Assembly (NCBI GenBank): GCA_043739745.1
Contig: JAYUDQ010000022.1
Location: 1-43,958, forward strand
Reading direction: 5' to 3'
Length of the DNA: 43,958 nt
Source: Acidimicrobiia bacterium
GTDB lineage: Bacteria > Actinomycetota > Acidimicrobiia > Acidimicrobiales > JANYDT01
Below the pieces are notes generated by a model. The model was not told the DNA's origin. It searched no databases and saw only the letters and a program-made list of their open reading frames with translations. Of this stretch, positions 15,982 through 24,291 are shown piece by piece. The position numbers and the translations under genes are program-made. Position 1 is the first letter of the stretch, and every line of letters begins with the position of its first letter.

Positions 15982-17787
15982 TCAGTACGGCAGGCGAGGT
16001 CCGGCGATGCGCACGTCGCCGCGGCGGCGCGTGACGCCGGTCGCATCGAGCTCGGCCATCAGCGGCAGCGCGTACTTGCGGCTCGTACCGAGCGCCTCAC
16101 GCACCTGAGACATGGTCACACCCTCCGTATGCGTGCGTAGCAACTCGGCAACGACGTGTGCGGCTTCGGCCACGGCCGCGCTCGCGAAGTAGAGATCGTC
16201 GCGCTTCACCACGATGCCGCGTCGCACCAGTTCCCGCAGCTGGACCGGGTCGACACCACCTGGGTCGGGGGGCGAGAACGGGCTTGCAGTCAGTGCGGCG
16301 ACGAAGGGATGATCGGCCAGGGGATCGGCGGCGGCGACGAAGATGGCCCGCCCACCGCGCATCGTGAGGTCACCGCCGGGCTCCTCGGCGAGCAACTGCA
16401 ACACGGCCCGACCCCTGTCGTCGAGTACCGCTGCGTCGAATCCGGACGGTCCCGCCTCGGTGATGAGTGCGCGGATGCGTAGCCGCTCGCCATCGAGCAG
16501 CGTCGGATCGATGGCGATGTGGCCGGTGAGCACCGGGCCCGACCACACCTCGCCGCCGCTCAGCCGGTGCAGCTCCGCCAGCGCAACAGTGCCGCGCTCA
16601 GCCACCAGCCGTTCGATGCTGCGGGTGGGGCGGGCCTTCGATGCAGGGCGCACGGGTGCGACGTCGAGCACCTCACCGCCGCCAACCGTCTCGCCGCGAC
16701 CGTGGTCGCGTAGGACGAAGCGGTCGCCAGGGGCAAGAGGCAGGGCGCACGGGAGATGCACACGGACGAAGCCCGAACCACCCGGCTCGATCGACGGAGC
16801 CTGGAGGATCCGGACGTTGACGGTGTGTTCGCCCGAGCCGATGTATGCGGCATAGGCACCGCGACGCGTGACGGGGTGGGCCAGGGATCCGAGGACCTGA
16901 AGGCTCGCATCGAAACGTATGCATGCATGCCAATCGTCGGGATGGACGAGTGCATCGCCGCGGGCCGTCTGGTGATGATCGATGCCGGTCACATTGACGG
17001 CGACGCGGCTCCCGGGCCGGGCCTGGTCGATGCGCTCGCCGTGCGTCTGTAACGAACGCACGCGAACCCCGATTCCGGAAGCTGCCGGGCCCACCACGTC
17101 CAGCGCATCGTCTACCGCCAGTGCACCGCCGGTGAGTGTGCCCGTCACGATCGTGCCCGAACCCCGGGCCGAGAACACACGGTCGACCCAGAGCCTTGGC
17201 CGGCTCGTATCGGCGCCCGACGGCGCGGAGGTGGCAAGACGGTCCAGTGCAGCCCGAAGCGCATCGAGCCCGCGACCGCTGATGGCATCCACCGACACGA
17301 TCTCGGCGTGCTCGAGGAACGAACCGGCGAGGTGATCGATGACGTCGAGCTCGGCCAGTTCCCGCCAGTCGGGATCGACCACGTCGGACTTGGTCAGCGC
17401 GACGACGCCGTGCCCGATCCCGAGCAGCCCGAGGATCCGGAGGTGCTCCTCGGATTGGGGCTTCCAACCTTCGGTGGCGGCAACCACGAACAGGCAGGCC
17501 TCGACGCCGCCGATGCCGGCAAGCATGTTCTTGAGGAACCGGATGTGCCCGGGTACGTCGACGAAGCTGAGAACTGTTCCCGAACTGAGGGTGGTATGGG
17601 CGAAGCCGAGGTCGATCGTGAGCCCGCGTGCCTTCTCCTCGGCCCATCGGTCAGGGTCGCTGCCGGTGAGCGCCAGTACGAGAGTGGACTTGCCGTGATC
17701 GACGTGTCCGGCCGTGGCGATGATCCGCGTGATCCCGACCGGACGTTTCGGTGTTGCCGTCAAGGTCGGCTCACTTCGCGAGCGCAA
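15982..17787 (-). CDS. selB: Selenocysteine-specific translation elongation factor SelB
   Basis: GTPase motifs AGHVDHGKSTL, DVPGH and TKSD. Long C-terminal winged-helix extension ending SRKYALPLMAELDATGVTRR. The start is TTG at 17787 (overlapping selA) or TTG at 17763. Confidence 0.9.
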   Translation of the reverse strand: MRSRSEPTLTATPKRPVGITRIIATAGHVDHGKSTLVLALTGSDPDRWAEEKARGLTIDLGFAHTTLSSGTVLSFVDVPGHIRFLKNMLAGIGGVEACLFVVAATEGWKPQSEEHLRILGLLGIGHGVVALTKSDVVDPDWRELAELDVIDHLAGSFLEHAEIVSVDAISGRGLDALRAALDRLATSAPSGADTSRPRLWVDRVFSARGSGTIVTGTLTGGALAVDDALDVVGPAASGIGVRVRSLQTHGERIDQARPGSRVAVNVTGIDHHQTARGDALVHPDDWHACIRFDASLQVLGSLAHPVTRRGAYAAYIGSGEHTVNVRILQAPSIEPGGSGFVRVHLPCALPLAPGDRFVLRDHGRGETVGGGEVLDVAPVRPASKARPTRSIERLVAERGTVALAELHRLSGGEVWSGPVLTGHIAIDPTLLDGERLRIRALITEAGPSGFDAAVLDDRGRAVLQLLAEEPGGDLTMRGGRAIFVAAADPLADHPFVAALTASPFSPPDPGGVDPVQLRELVRRGIVVKRDDLYFASAAVAEAAHVVAELLRTHTEGVTMSQVREALGTSRKYALPLMAELDATGVTRRRGDVRIAGPRLPY

Positions 17788-19114
17788 GGCGAAGCGCGGC
17801 GATCAGGAGTTCGTCGTCGAGCGGGTCGACGGTCCTCAGGTCGAGATGGGTCGCGCCGTTCTGGACCCGGGCGACGACGGGCGTCTCGTAGGCGCGCAGA
17901 TGAACCGTCCAGTCGCCGGCAATGCGCACACCGAAGGACGGGATGGTGCAGCCGGGGAGCGTCCCTCCGCCCGGCACGGCGTCCATGGCACTTCCCGCGA
18001 CCCGATCGTCCGCTACTGCCAGCACGATGGCATCGGCGCGCGCGATGAGCGACCCGACCGAACGCGTCGCCATGTCCCAGAACGGCACGAGCGCTGTGCT
18101 CCCGCCCGCATATGCCAGCAGTACGCGTTGCAAGGCTTCGAGGACCTGGCCACCGGGACGCAGTGCGCGGGCCAGCGGGTGGTTTGCGCACCGTTCGACG
18201 AGGTCGCGCCGGCCCGCGATGATGCCCGCCTGCGGGCCGCCGAGGAGCTTGTCCCCGGAGAACACGACGAGCCCGGCACCCGCATCGAGGGTCTGACGGG
18301 CCGCCGGTTCGCCGTCGAGCCAGGCGAGACGCGGGACCCGCCCCTGCGGGTCGGCGAGCCACGGTGTCGTCGAGTCGAGGAGGCCCGAGCCGATGTCGGC
18401 CACCACGGGAGCGCCCAGGGTGGCGAGGGCCCTCACGCTGACATCCTGTGTGAAGCCCGTCATCCGGTAGTTCGACTGGTGCACCTTCAGAATGACGGCG
18501 ATGTCGGAGGACGGAGTGGCGACCGCAGCGGCGTAGTCGTCGAGCCGTGTGCGGTTCGTGGTGCCGACCTCCACGAGCGCTGCACCCGACTGCTCCAGGA
18601 CCTCGGGAATGCGAAAACCGCCGCCGATCTCGACCAGTTCGCCGCGGCTGACGACGACACCGCGACCGCGTGCCAGCGCAGCGAGGACGAGCATGACCGC
18701 AGCCGCGCAGTTGTTCACCACCAACGAGGAATCTGCCCCGGTCAGCTGGGTGATCAGCTCGCTCGCATGGGTCCGACGCGAACCCCGCTTCCCGGTCGCC
18801 AGATCGAACTCGAGGTTCGTCGAACGGACCGCCGGGCCTCCGTTCCCCTCGCCGCCCGCCGCCTTTCGCAGCGGCGCACGTCCGAGGTTCGTGTGCAGCA
18901 GCACGCCGGTGGCGTTGATCACCGGCCGCAGGAGCCGCTCCGCGAAGGCCGCGGCATACCGGTTGGCGTGCGGCGCGGGGTCGCTGCGGTCGGTGGCGAT
19001 ACCGTGCCGGGCGGCCTCCACCAGCACCGACCGGGGAACGGCGGCCAGGCCGGCCTCGGCACGCAAGGCCCTTGCGAGGGCATCGACGGACGGCGGGCGC
19101 TCCACGTCGCGCAC
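17771..19114 (-). CDS. selA: L-seryl-tRNA(Sec) selenium transferase SelA
   Basis: Carries PSVDAL near the N-terminus, INATGVLLHTNLGRAPL, and FSGDKLLGGPQAGII (PLP-Lys context). The GTG at 19114 gives a canonical N-terminus. The open frame extends to 19264, but that start would overlap the divergent gene's 5' end. Confidence 0.85.
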   Translation of the reverse strand: MRDVERPPSVDALARALRAEAGLAAVPRSVLVEAARHGIATDRSDPAPHANRYAAAFAERLLRPVINATGVLLHTNLGRAPLRKAAGGEGNGGPAVRSTNLEFDLATGKRGSRRTHASELITQLTGADSSLVVNNCAAAVMLVLAALARGRGVVVSRGELVEIGGGFRIPEVLEQSGAALVEVGTTNRTRLDDYAAAVATPSSDIAVILKVHQSNYRMTGFTQDVSVRALATLGAPVVADIGSGLLDSTTPWLADPQGRVPRLAWLDGEPAARQTLDAGAGLVVFSGDKLLGGPQAGIIAGRRDLVERCANHPLARALRPGGQVLEALQRVLLAYAGGSTALVPFWDMATRSVGSLIARADAIVLAVADDRVAGSAMDAVPGGGTLPGCTIPSFGVRIAGDWTVHLRAYETPVVARVQNGATHLDLRTVDPLDDELLIAALRLALAK

Positions 19115-19241
19115 GCTATCGGTCCGACCCGGGTCGACCTGTCCGGCGCGCTGCCAACCGACCAGGGTCCACCGTCCGTGACCAGCGGTCAGTCGAGGTG
19201 TTTGGCAGGCCGGGTAGGCTTTCGAGGCTCCCCGCGAAAGG

Positions 19242-20243
19242 GTGACTTCCTCCGTGACTCGCATTCCTCGTTCCTCCTCCCTCTTCGATGCTGATGCTCC
19301 GGCTTCGGCGCGCCCCCATAGCCGCCGCGGATGGGGTGTGGCCGTTCTCGCCGGCGCCGTGCTGGCAGTTGTCGCCGCACAGGCGCTGCCGGCCGTCGGT
19401 CAGGCGCCGGTGCCGGTGTCCGTCTCCATCGCCCCGGAGGTTCCTGCGGGGTTCTCGACGCAGAATCTCCCGACGCAGGCGACGCAGCGGGTCATCGTCA
19501 CCGTGGTCAACAGTGGTACCGCAGCGGTCGTCAATGAGCAGATCGTGGTCCGCCTCGGGAACAAGCCCGACTCCATCATCGGCGTGTCCGACGGTCTGGC
19601 CAACGTCGGTGTGCTCGATCTGACCAGTGGTGCTTGGTACCACACCATCGCGTCGATTGCGGCCGGAGCAACGGCCACCTTCACGCTCAGCTGGGTGAAG
19701 ATCTGCCCGGGCCGCTGGCCGTTGGCCGTTCGCGTGGCCGACAAGCTCGCCTCGATCTCTGCCCAGTGGGTCGGTCCCTCCGATCCGCGCTGCGGACCCG
19801 ACGAACTGGCCAGCCCGCAGCCGCCGTCGTTCTACCAGTTGGCATGGCCGCCGACGGCTCCCGTTGCGACCACCACGACCGTGCTTGCACCCGGCGCCAC
19901 GACGACTGCGCTGATCACCGCCCCTGGAGCGACGACGATCCCAGGCGTGTCGACGACCACCATCTTCGGAGCTGGTTCGACGACGACCGCGGCGACAACC
20001 TCGACGACCAAGCCCGGGGTCACACAGCCTTCGCTCATCCAGCTCACCCTTTCCACGTCGTCGACGACGGCGCCAAAGCCATCGACGACGGTCCCGAAGT
20101 CGACGACAACGAAGCCGGGCACCGTGATCCTCTGCAAGACCGTCGGCGGCAAGCGGTACTGCGCGCCGAAGTCGTCGGCCTACAAAGAGGGTCAGAAGAA
20201 GTCGGTCGAGATCAAGCCGAAGACCACCAAGAAGAAGAAGTAA
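19242..20243 (+). CDS. Secreted protein: signal peptide, beta-sandwich-like domain, Thr-rich linker, Lys-rich C-terminal tail (function unknown)
   Basis: Signal-like RRGWGVAVLAGAVLAVVAAQALPAVGQA. Roughly 130-aa domain (VIVTVVNSGTAAV...ATFTLSW) resembling CARDB/DUF11-type folds. Long T/P/G-rich low-complexity region. C-terminus ends KPKTTKKKK. The start may be GTG 19242 or GTG 19254. Confidence 0.6.
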   Translation: MTSSVTRIPRSSSLFDADAPASARPHSRRGWGVAVLAGAVLAVVAAQALPAVGQAPVPVSVSIAPEVPAGFSTQNLPTQATQRVIVTVVNSGTAAVVNEQIVVRLGNKPDSIIGVSDGLANVGVLDLTSGAWYHTIASIAAGATATFTLSWVKICPGRWPLAVRVADKLASISAQWVGPSDPRCGPDELASPQPPSFYQLAWPPTAPVATTTTVLAPGATTTALITAPGATTIPGVSTTTIFGAGSTTTAATTSTTKPGVTQPSLIQLTLSTSSTTAPKPSTTVPKSTTTKPGTVILCKTVGGKRYCAPKSSAYKEGQKKSVEIKPKTTKKKK

Positions 20244-20275
20244 GCACGCGTTCCTTGTCGGTGAACGCCTCGTCG

Positions 20276-20899
20276 ATGGACTCCCACCTGCTGGCTGTGG
20301 CTCGTGCCGCAACGGGCTTCATGCCCGACGACGAGGGGCTCGCGCTGTACGGAGCAGCTGCGGGTGTCCGGCGAGGAGCGATGCTCGAGGTCGGCGCCTA
20401 CTGCGGCAAGTCGACCGTGTACCTCGGCGCTGCCGCTCGCGAGACGGGCTCGGTGCTGTTCAGCCTCGATCATCATCGTGGCTCCGAGGAGAACCAGTCG
20501 GGCTGGGAGCATCACGATCCGACCGTGGTGGACGAGCGCAGCGGCCGTATGGACACGCTGCCGTTCTTCCGGCGCACGATCGAGGACGCCGGCCTGGAGG
20601 ATGCGGTCGTCGCGCTGGTGGGCCGATCTGAAGTGATCGCGCCGGTGTGGCGGACCCCGCTCGTGTTCTTGTTCATCGACGGTGGGCACGGCACTGAGCC
20701 GGCCCGCGCCGACTACGAGATGTGGACGCCGCACGTGTTGCTGGGCGGTGTGCTGGCCGTCCACGATGTGTTCCCCGATCCGGCCGACGGTGGACGACCG
20801 CCGTATGAGCAGATCTACCTGCCGGCGCTCCGGTCAGGGTGCTTCGCCGAGGACGAGTCGCTCGGATGTGGTTCGCTGAGGGTGCTTCGGCGGGTCTGA
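20276..20899 (+). CDS. Class I SAM-dependent methyltransferase (Methyltransf_24-like)
   Basis: Motif I MLEVGAYCGKST, and LVFLFIDGGH, typical of this O-methyltransferase-like family. An alternative GTG start lies at 20261. Confidence 0.75.
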   Translation: MDSHLLAVARAATGFMPDDEGLALYGAAAGVRRGAMLEVGAYCGKSTVYLGAAARETGSVLFSLDHHRGSEENQSGWEHHDPTVVDERSGRMDTLPFFRRTIEDAGLEDAVVALVGRSEVIAPVWRTPLVFLFIDGGHGTEPARADYEMWTPHVLLGGVLAVHDVFPDPADGGRPPYEQIYLPALRSGCFAEDESLGCGSLRVLRRV

Positions 20900-20903
20900 G
20901 CAT

Positions 20904-20926
20904 CCGGGCTCCGCTTGCGAGCCGGG
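20904..20926 (+). terminator. GC-rich hairpin 5 nt after the methyltransferase stop (candidate terminator)
   Basis: Stem GGCTC(20907-20911), loop cgcttgc, stem GAGCC(20919-20923). Extended by CC/GG across one G-G mismatch. No U-tract. Confidence 0.3.
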
Positions 20927-21137
20927 CCCCGCTCGTGCCACAGGATCAACCCTGAGGCGGTCTGGAACACCCGACGCACCGGAAACGACTCCGACCCACA
21001 GTTGCGGCGTTCCTGATCGCACCGGCCGTTCGCAGCGGCGGTCTCGATCACCTTGGCGGTAGAGCCACTCGAGCGGGGCGGCACCGAAACGATGACGATG
21101 CAGTTGGTCTGTCTGAGCGGGGCCGGCGTAGAAAAGA

Positions 21138-22151
21138 TCAGTCGTCGTCCGTCATGAAGAGCTGTGCCGTCGGGCTTCCGTCGTCCAGCACCGCATGAGC
21201 GATCACCACGGCGGCGGCGCTGTAGGCCGTGCGCTCACCTTCGGGAAAATATGTGCGCGTAGGGATATGAAGGCCGGTCCAGTAGTCACCGTCGGGATGT
21301 CGTAGTGATCGCGTCCACCCCAGCAGAGCGACCGCCGCGTCGCCCATCCCGGCAAGCCGGCACGCAATGGCCGCTTCCGCCGTCTCACCCGTGGTCACCC
21401 ACGGATGGTCGTTGACGCACAGGACGCCTTCGCCCTCGGTCACGAACTTCGACCATTGGGCCCGCAGGTGCGTTCGCGCGTCGCCGTCACGGTGGATGCC
21501 GCCGAGGATCGGGTAGTACCAGTCCATTGCCCAGCGGTCCTTCTCGGCGAAGAACTCGAGCGGGTGGTGGGCGAGCGCATGGTGCAGCCGGGCGCGGGCC
21601 TCGACCCAGTCTGCGGCGTCGTGGCCCAGCCGCGATGCAACCGCGATGGCACAGCCGAGGCTGTGGTGGATCGACGACGAGCCGGTGATGAGTGCGTAGT
21701 GGAACGGCGTGCCGTCGGGCTCACGGGCCCAGTGGATCTCACCCGTGGGCTGTTGCAGCTCGAGCACCCACGAGATGGCGGAACGCACCATCGGCCATTG
21801 TCCGGCTAGCCAGTCGGTGTCCTTGGTCGTCAGGAAGTGATGCCAGACGCCGGCTGCCACGTAGGCGATCGTGTTGGCGTCGAACTTGTGGTCCTCCACG
21901 CCGACGGTCACGTAGTACTGGTGCCAGGAACCATCTGCGCGCTGATGATCTGCGAGCCATCGGTACGCTGCTACCGCAGCATCGGTGAGGCCGCCCGCGT
22001 CGAGGGCGATGGCCGTCTCCACATGGTTCCACGGATCGGCGTGGCCGCCCGGCTGCCACAGGATCAGACCGTCGGGCAGCTGCAGACGGGCGATGGAGGC
22101 GACGCTCGCATCGAGCTCCGCGTCGCTCAGTAGCGCGACGGACGGGGTCAC
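21138..22151 (-). CDS. Prenyltransferase/squalene-cyclase-repeat (QW-like, alpha/alpha-barrel) protein
   Basis: Recurrent xxDGxW-type repeats: QLPDGLILW, HQRADGSWHQY, QQPTGEIHW, RHPDGDYW. The GTG at 22151 overlaps the upstream stop as GTGA (22148-22151). Confidence 0.7.
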   Translation of the reverse strand: MTPSVALLSDAELDASVASIARLQLPDGLILWQPGGHADPWNHVETAIALDAGGLTDAAVAAYRWLADHQRADGSWHQYYVTVGVEDHKFDANTIAYVAAGVWHHFLTTKDTDWLAGQWPMVRSAISWVLELQQPTGEIHWAREPDGTPFHYALITGSSSIHHSLGCAIAVASRLGHDAADWVEARARLHHALAHHPLEFFAEKDRWAMDWYYPILGGIHRDGDARTHLRAQWSKFVTEGEGVLCVNDHPWVTTGETAEAAIACRLAGMGDAAVALLGWTRSLRHPDGDYWTGLHIPTRTYFPEGERTAYSAAAVVIAHAVLDDGSPTAQLFMTDDD

Positions 22152-22873
22152 GGTGTATCCGGTTTGCGGGCGTACACCACCAGGCTCTTCCCCAACACGG
22201 GCGTGAGGAGCTTCTCCGGGATCTGCGTGATCGGCGGCTTCTTCATGAGGTCCCAGACGAGCAGTTCGTGATACGTCTTCACGAACCAGTTGTCGTTGTT
22301 GTTGACGCCGACCGCGCACTTCAGCCACCAGTAGGGCGAGTGCAGCGCATGGGCGCGATGAGAGCCGGTGATGTCGAGGCCGGCGGTGCGCAGCCGTTCG
22401 GTGATCTCCGACTTGCGGTAGATGCGCACGTGTCCGCCGACGGCGACGGGCGCGTGGTAGTCGGAATCGAGCGCCCAGTTGACGAGCTCGGGTCCGAACG
22501 CGGGGACCGTCACGGCAATCGTGCCGCCGGGGCGCAGCACCCGGGCCAGCTCGGCCGCTGCGCCGCGGTCGTCGGGGATGTGCTCCATCACCTCGGAGGC
22601 GATGATGCGGTCAAAGCTGCTGTCGGTGAAAGGCAAGCGCAGCGCGTCGCCGTTCACACAGCCTGCGGATGCGGACGGTGGCAACGTCTCCTCGAGCTGC
22701 ATGGCATAAAGGGTCGAGGCCGCCTTGCGGAGGTCGTCAATGCCGTAGTCGAGCGCAACGAGCCGGGCACCGCGGCGCAGCGCCTCGAACGCGTGGCGAC
22801 CCGCGCCGGCACCCATGTCCAGCACACGATCGCCGGCCTGCACGCCGAGCTGGTCGTAGCGAACAGTAAGCAT
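22148..22873 (-). CDS. Class I SAM-dependent methyltransferase (Methyltransf_11/UbiE-like)
   Basis: Motif I VLDMGAGAGRH, acidic loop LVALDYG, and motif post-II FDRIIASEVMEH. The ATG at 22873 lies 5 nt after the upstream TAG. Confidence 0.85.
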   Translation of the reverse strand: MLTVRYDQLGVQAGDRVLDMGAGAGRHAFEALRRGARLVALDYGIDDLRKAASTLYAMQLEETLPPSASAGCVNGDALRLPFTDSSFDRIIASEVMEHIPDDRGAAAELARVLRPGGTIAVTVPAFGPELVNWALDSDYHAPVAVGGHVRIYRKSEITERLRTAGLDITGSHRAHALHSPYWWLKCAVGVNNNDNWFVKTYHELLVWDLMKKPPITQIPEKLLTPVLGKSLVVYARKPDTP

Positions 22874-22878
22874 ACGTA

Positions 22879-24279
22879 CTACTTGGAGGAGGCGTGAGCC
22901 GGCGCTGCGGTGCGTGCCGCGTCGTGGTCGGCTTTCGCTTTGTCGCTCAACGCAGCACGGTACTGCTCGACGCACCCCTCGGCCGCCACTCGCCAGGTGA
23001 AGCCCTGCAGCACGCGGGCGCGTCCGGCGCTGCCGAGGCGGGCCCGCAGCTCGGCGCTGCGCAGCATTCGCAGGATGGCCGCCGCCAGCGCCTCGGGGTT
23101 GTTCGGTTCGACCGTCAGCGCAGCTTCACCGTTGGGCCCCACAACTTCTGGCAGTGCACCGCCAGTTGTGGTGATGAGCGGCGTACCACATGCCATTGCC
23201 TCGATGGCCGGGATGGAGAAGCCCTCATAGAGCGACGGCACGACGACCATCTCCGCCTCGTTGTAGAGCTCGACGATGCGGTCGTCGCTGACACCCGACT
23301 CGAAGGTGACGACGTCGTTCAGGCCGAGCCGGTCGAGCAGTTCGGGCAGCACCGATCCTTCGCGCTTCTTGCCGACGATGACCACGTCGATCGGGTGCTC
23401 GGTTCGCACCTTGGCAAGGGCCTCCAGTAGCGGACGAAGGCCCTTCAGCGGTACGTCGGCCGACGCGGTGGTCATGATGCGATGCGGCACCCGGGTGACA
23501 TGGGCGTGCGGCTTGAAGCGCTCATGGTCGACGCCGACGGGAACGATGTGGAGTTGCTCGGGGCGTACGCGCATCTGCGCCACGATGTCGCGCTTCGACG
23601 ACTCGGACACCGTGATGATGCGCGGGATCTGGCGGGCCACCTTCATCTGCATGCCGAGGAAGCCGTACCAGCGCATCAGCGACCAGCGCCGCTTCACGTA
23701 GCTGACCGACCGCTTGCTCGGGTACACCCGAGGTAGGTCGGCGATTTCGAGATCACGGTCGACGGTGATCGGGTGGTGCAGCGTGGCAACCACCGGCAGG
23801 CCATCGTCCTGAATGCCCTTGATCCCGTAGCCGAAACACTGGTTGTCGTGGACGACGTCGAAGTCGTGGGCGTGGCGGCGCATGTAACGACGCACCCGCA
23901 GCGAGTACGTCCACGGTTCGGGGAAGCCGCTCGTGCACATGTGCGCGAATTCGAGGGCATCGATGGCGATGTCGCCTGCGCCAGCCGCCATGCGGAAGCG
24001 CTCGGCGATCTCGTGCGGGCGTGGGATGTGCCAGGGATCGTCGGCCCGGAACAGGTCCAGGCTCGGGATCTTCACGAGTCGTACGCCATCGTCGAGCACC
24101 GGGTAGGGCTGGCCGCTGAGGACCTCGACGTAGTGGCCCATGTCGCGGAGCTCGCGGGCGACATAGCGGGAATAGACGCCCTGCCCGCCGGAGTGAGGGT
24201 TGCCGCGGTAGACGAGCCAGGCGATGCGCAGCGCTTCGGGGTCGCAGGGTGTCAGCGATGATGCAGTGACGGCGGCCAT
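22879..24279 (-). CDS. Family-4 (GT-B, 'group 1') glycosyltransferase
   Basis: N-terminal GGQGVY motif. C-terminal E-x7-E signature (EGFSIPAIEAMACG) with VVVPSLYEGF. Confidence 0.85.
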   Translation of the reverse strand: MAAVTASSLTPCDPEALRIAWLVYRGNPHSGGQGVYSRYVARELRDMGHYVEVLSGQPYPVLDDGVRLVKIPSLDLFRADDPWHIPRPHEIAERFRMAAGAGDIAIDALEFAHMCTSGFPEPWTYSLRVRRYMRRHAHDFDVVHDNQCFGYGIKGIQDDGLPVVATLHHPITVDRDLEIADLPRVYPSKRSVSYVKRRWSLMRWYGFLGMQMKVARQIPRIITVSESSKRDIVAQMRVRPEQLHIVPVGVDHERFKPHAHVTRVPHRIMTTASADVPLKGLRPLLEALAKVRTEHPIDVVIVGKKREGSVLPELLDRLGLNDVVTFESGVSDDRIVELYNEAEMVVVPSLYEGFSIPAIEAMACGTPLITTTGGALPEVVGPNGEAALTVEPNNPEALAAAILRMLRSAELRARLGSAGRARVLQGFTWRVAAEGCVEQYRAALSDKAKADHDAARTAAPAHASSK

Positions 24280-24291
24280 GAAGCAGAAACG

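Noticed and set aside
15955-15990. Possible tRNA-Sec anticodon arm on the minus strand just after the selB stop (GCTT-GTTCAAC-GAGC, with UCA centred in a 7-nt loop).
   Set aside because: The stem is only 4 bp with a wobble pair. No matching 8-bp acceptor stem, long variable arm or T-arm exists within the required distance, and the 5' half would lie inside selB coding sequence.
19115-19264. Upstream extension of the selA open frame (start at 19264), and a search of this segment for selC on both strands.
   Set aside because: The extension would overlap the 5' end of the divergent secreted-protein gene, and its translation is not SelA-like. The GTG at 19114 gives the canonical PSVDAL N-terminus. 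No cloverleaf with a UCA anticodon was found.
20815-21084. 89-aa ORF on the minus strand in the long convergent gap.
   Set aside because: It has no ribosome-binding site and no recognisable domain, and it overlaps the 3' end of the methyltransferase gene. Its composition resembles a shadow frame. It is kept only as part of the intergenic-structure finding.
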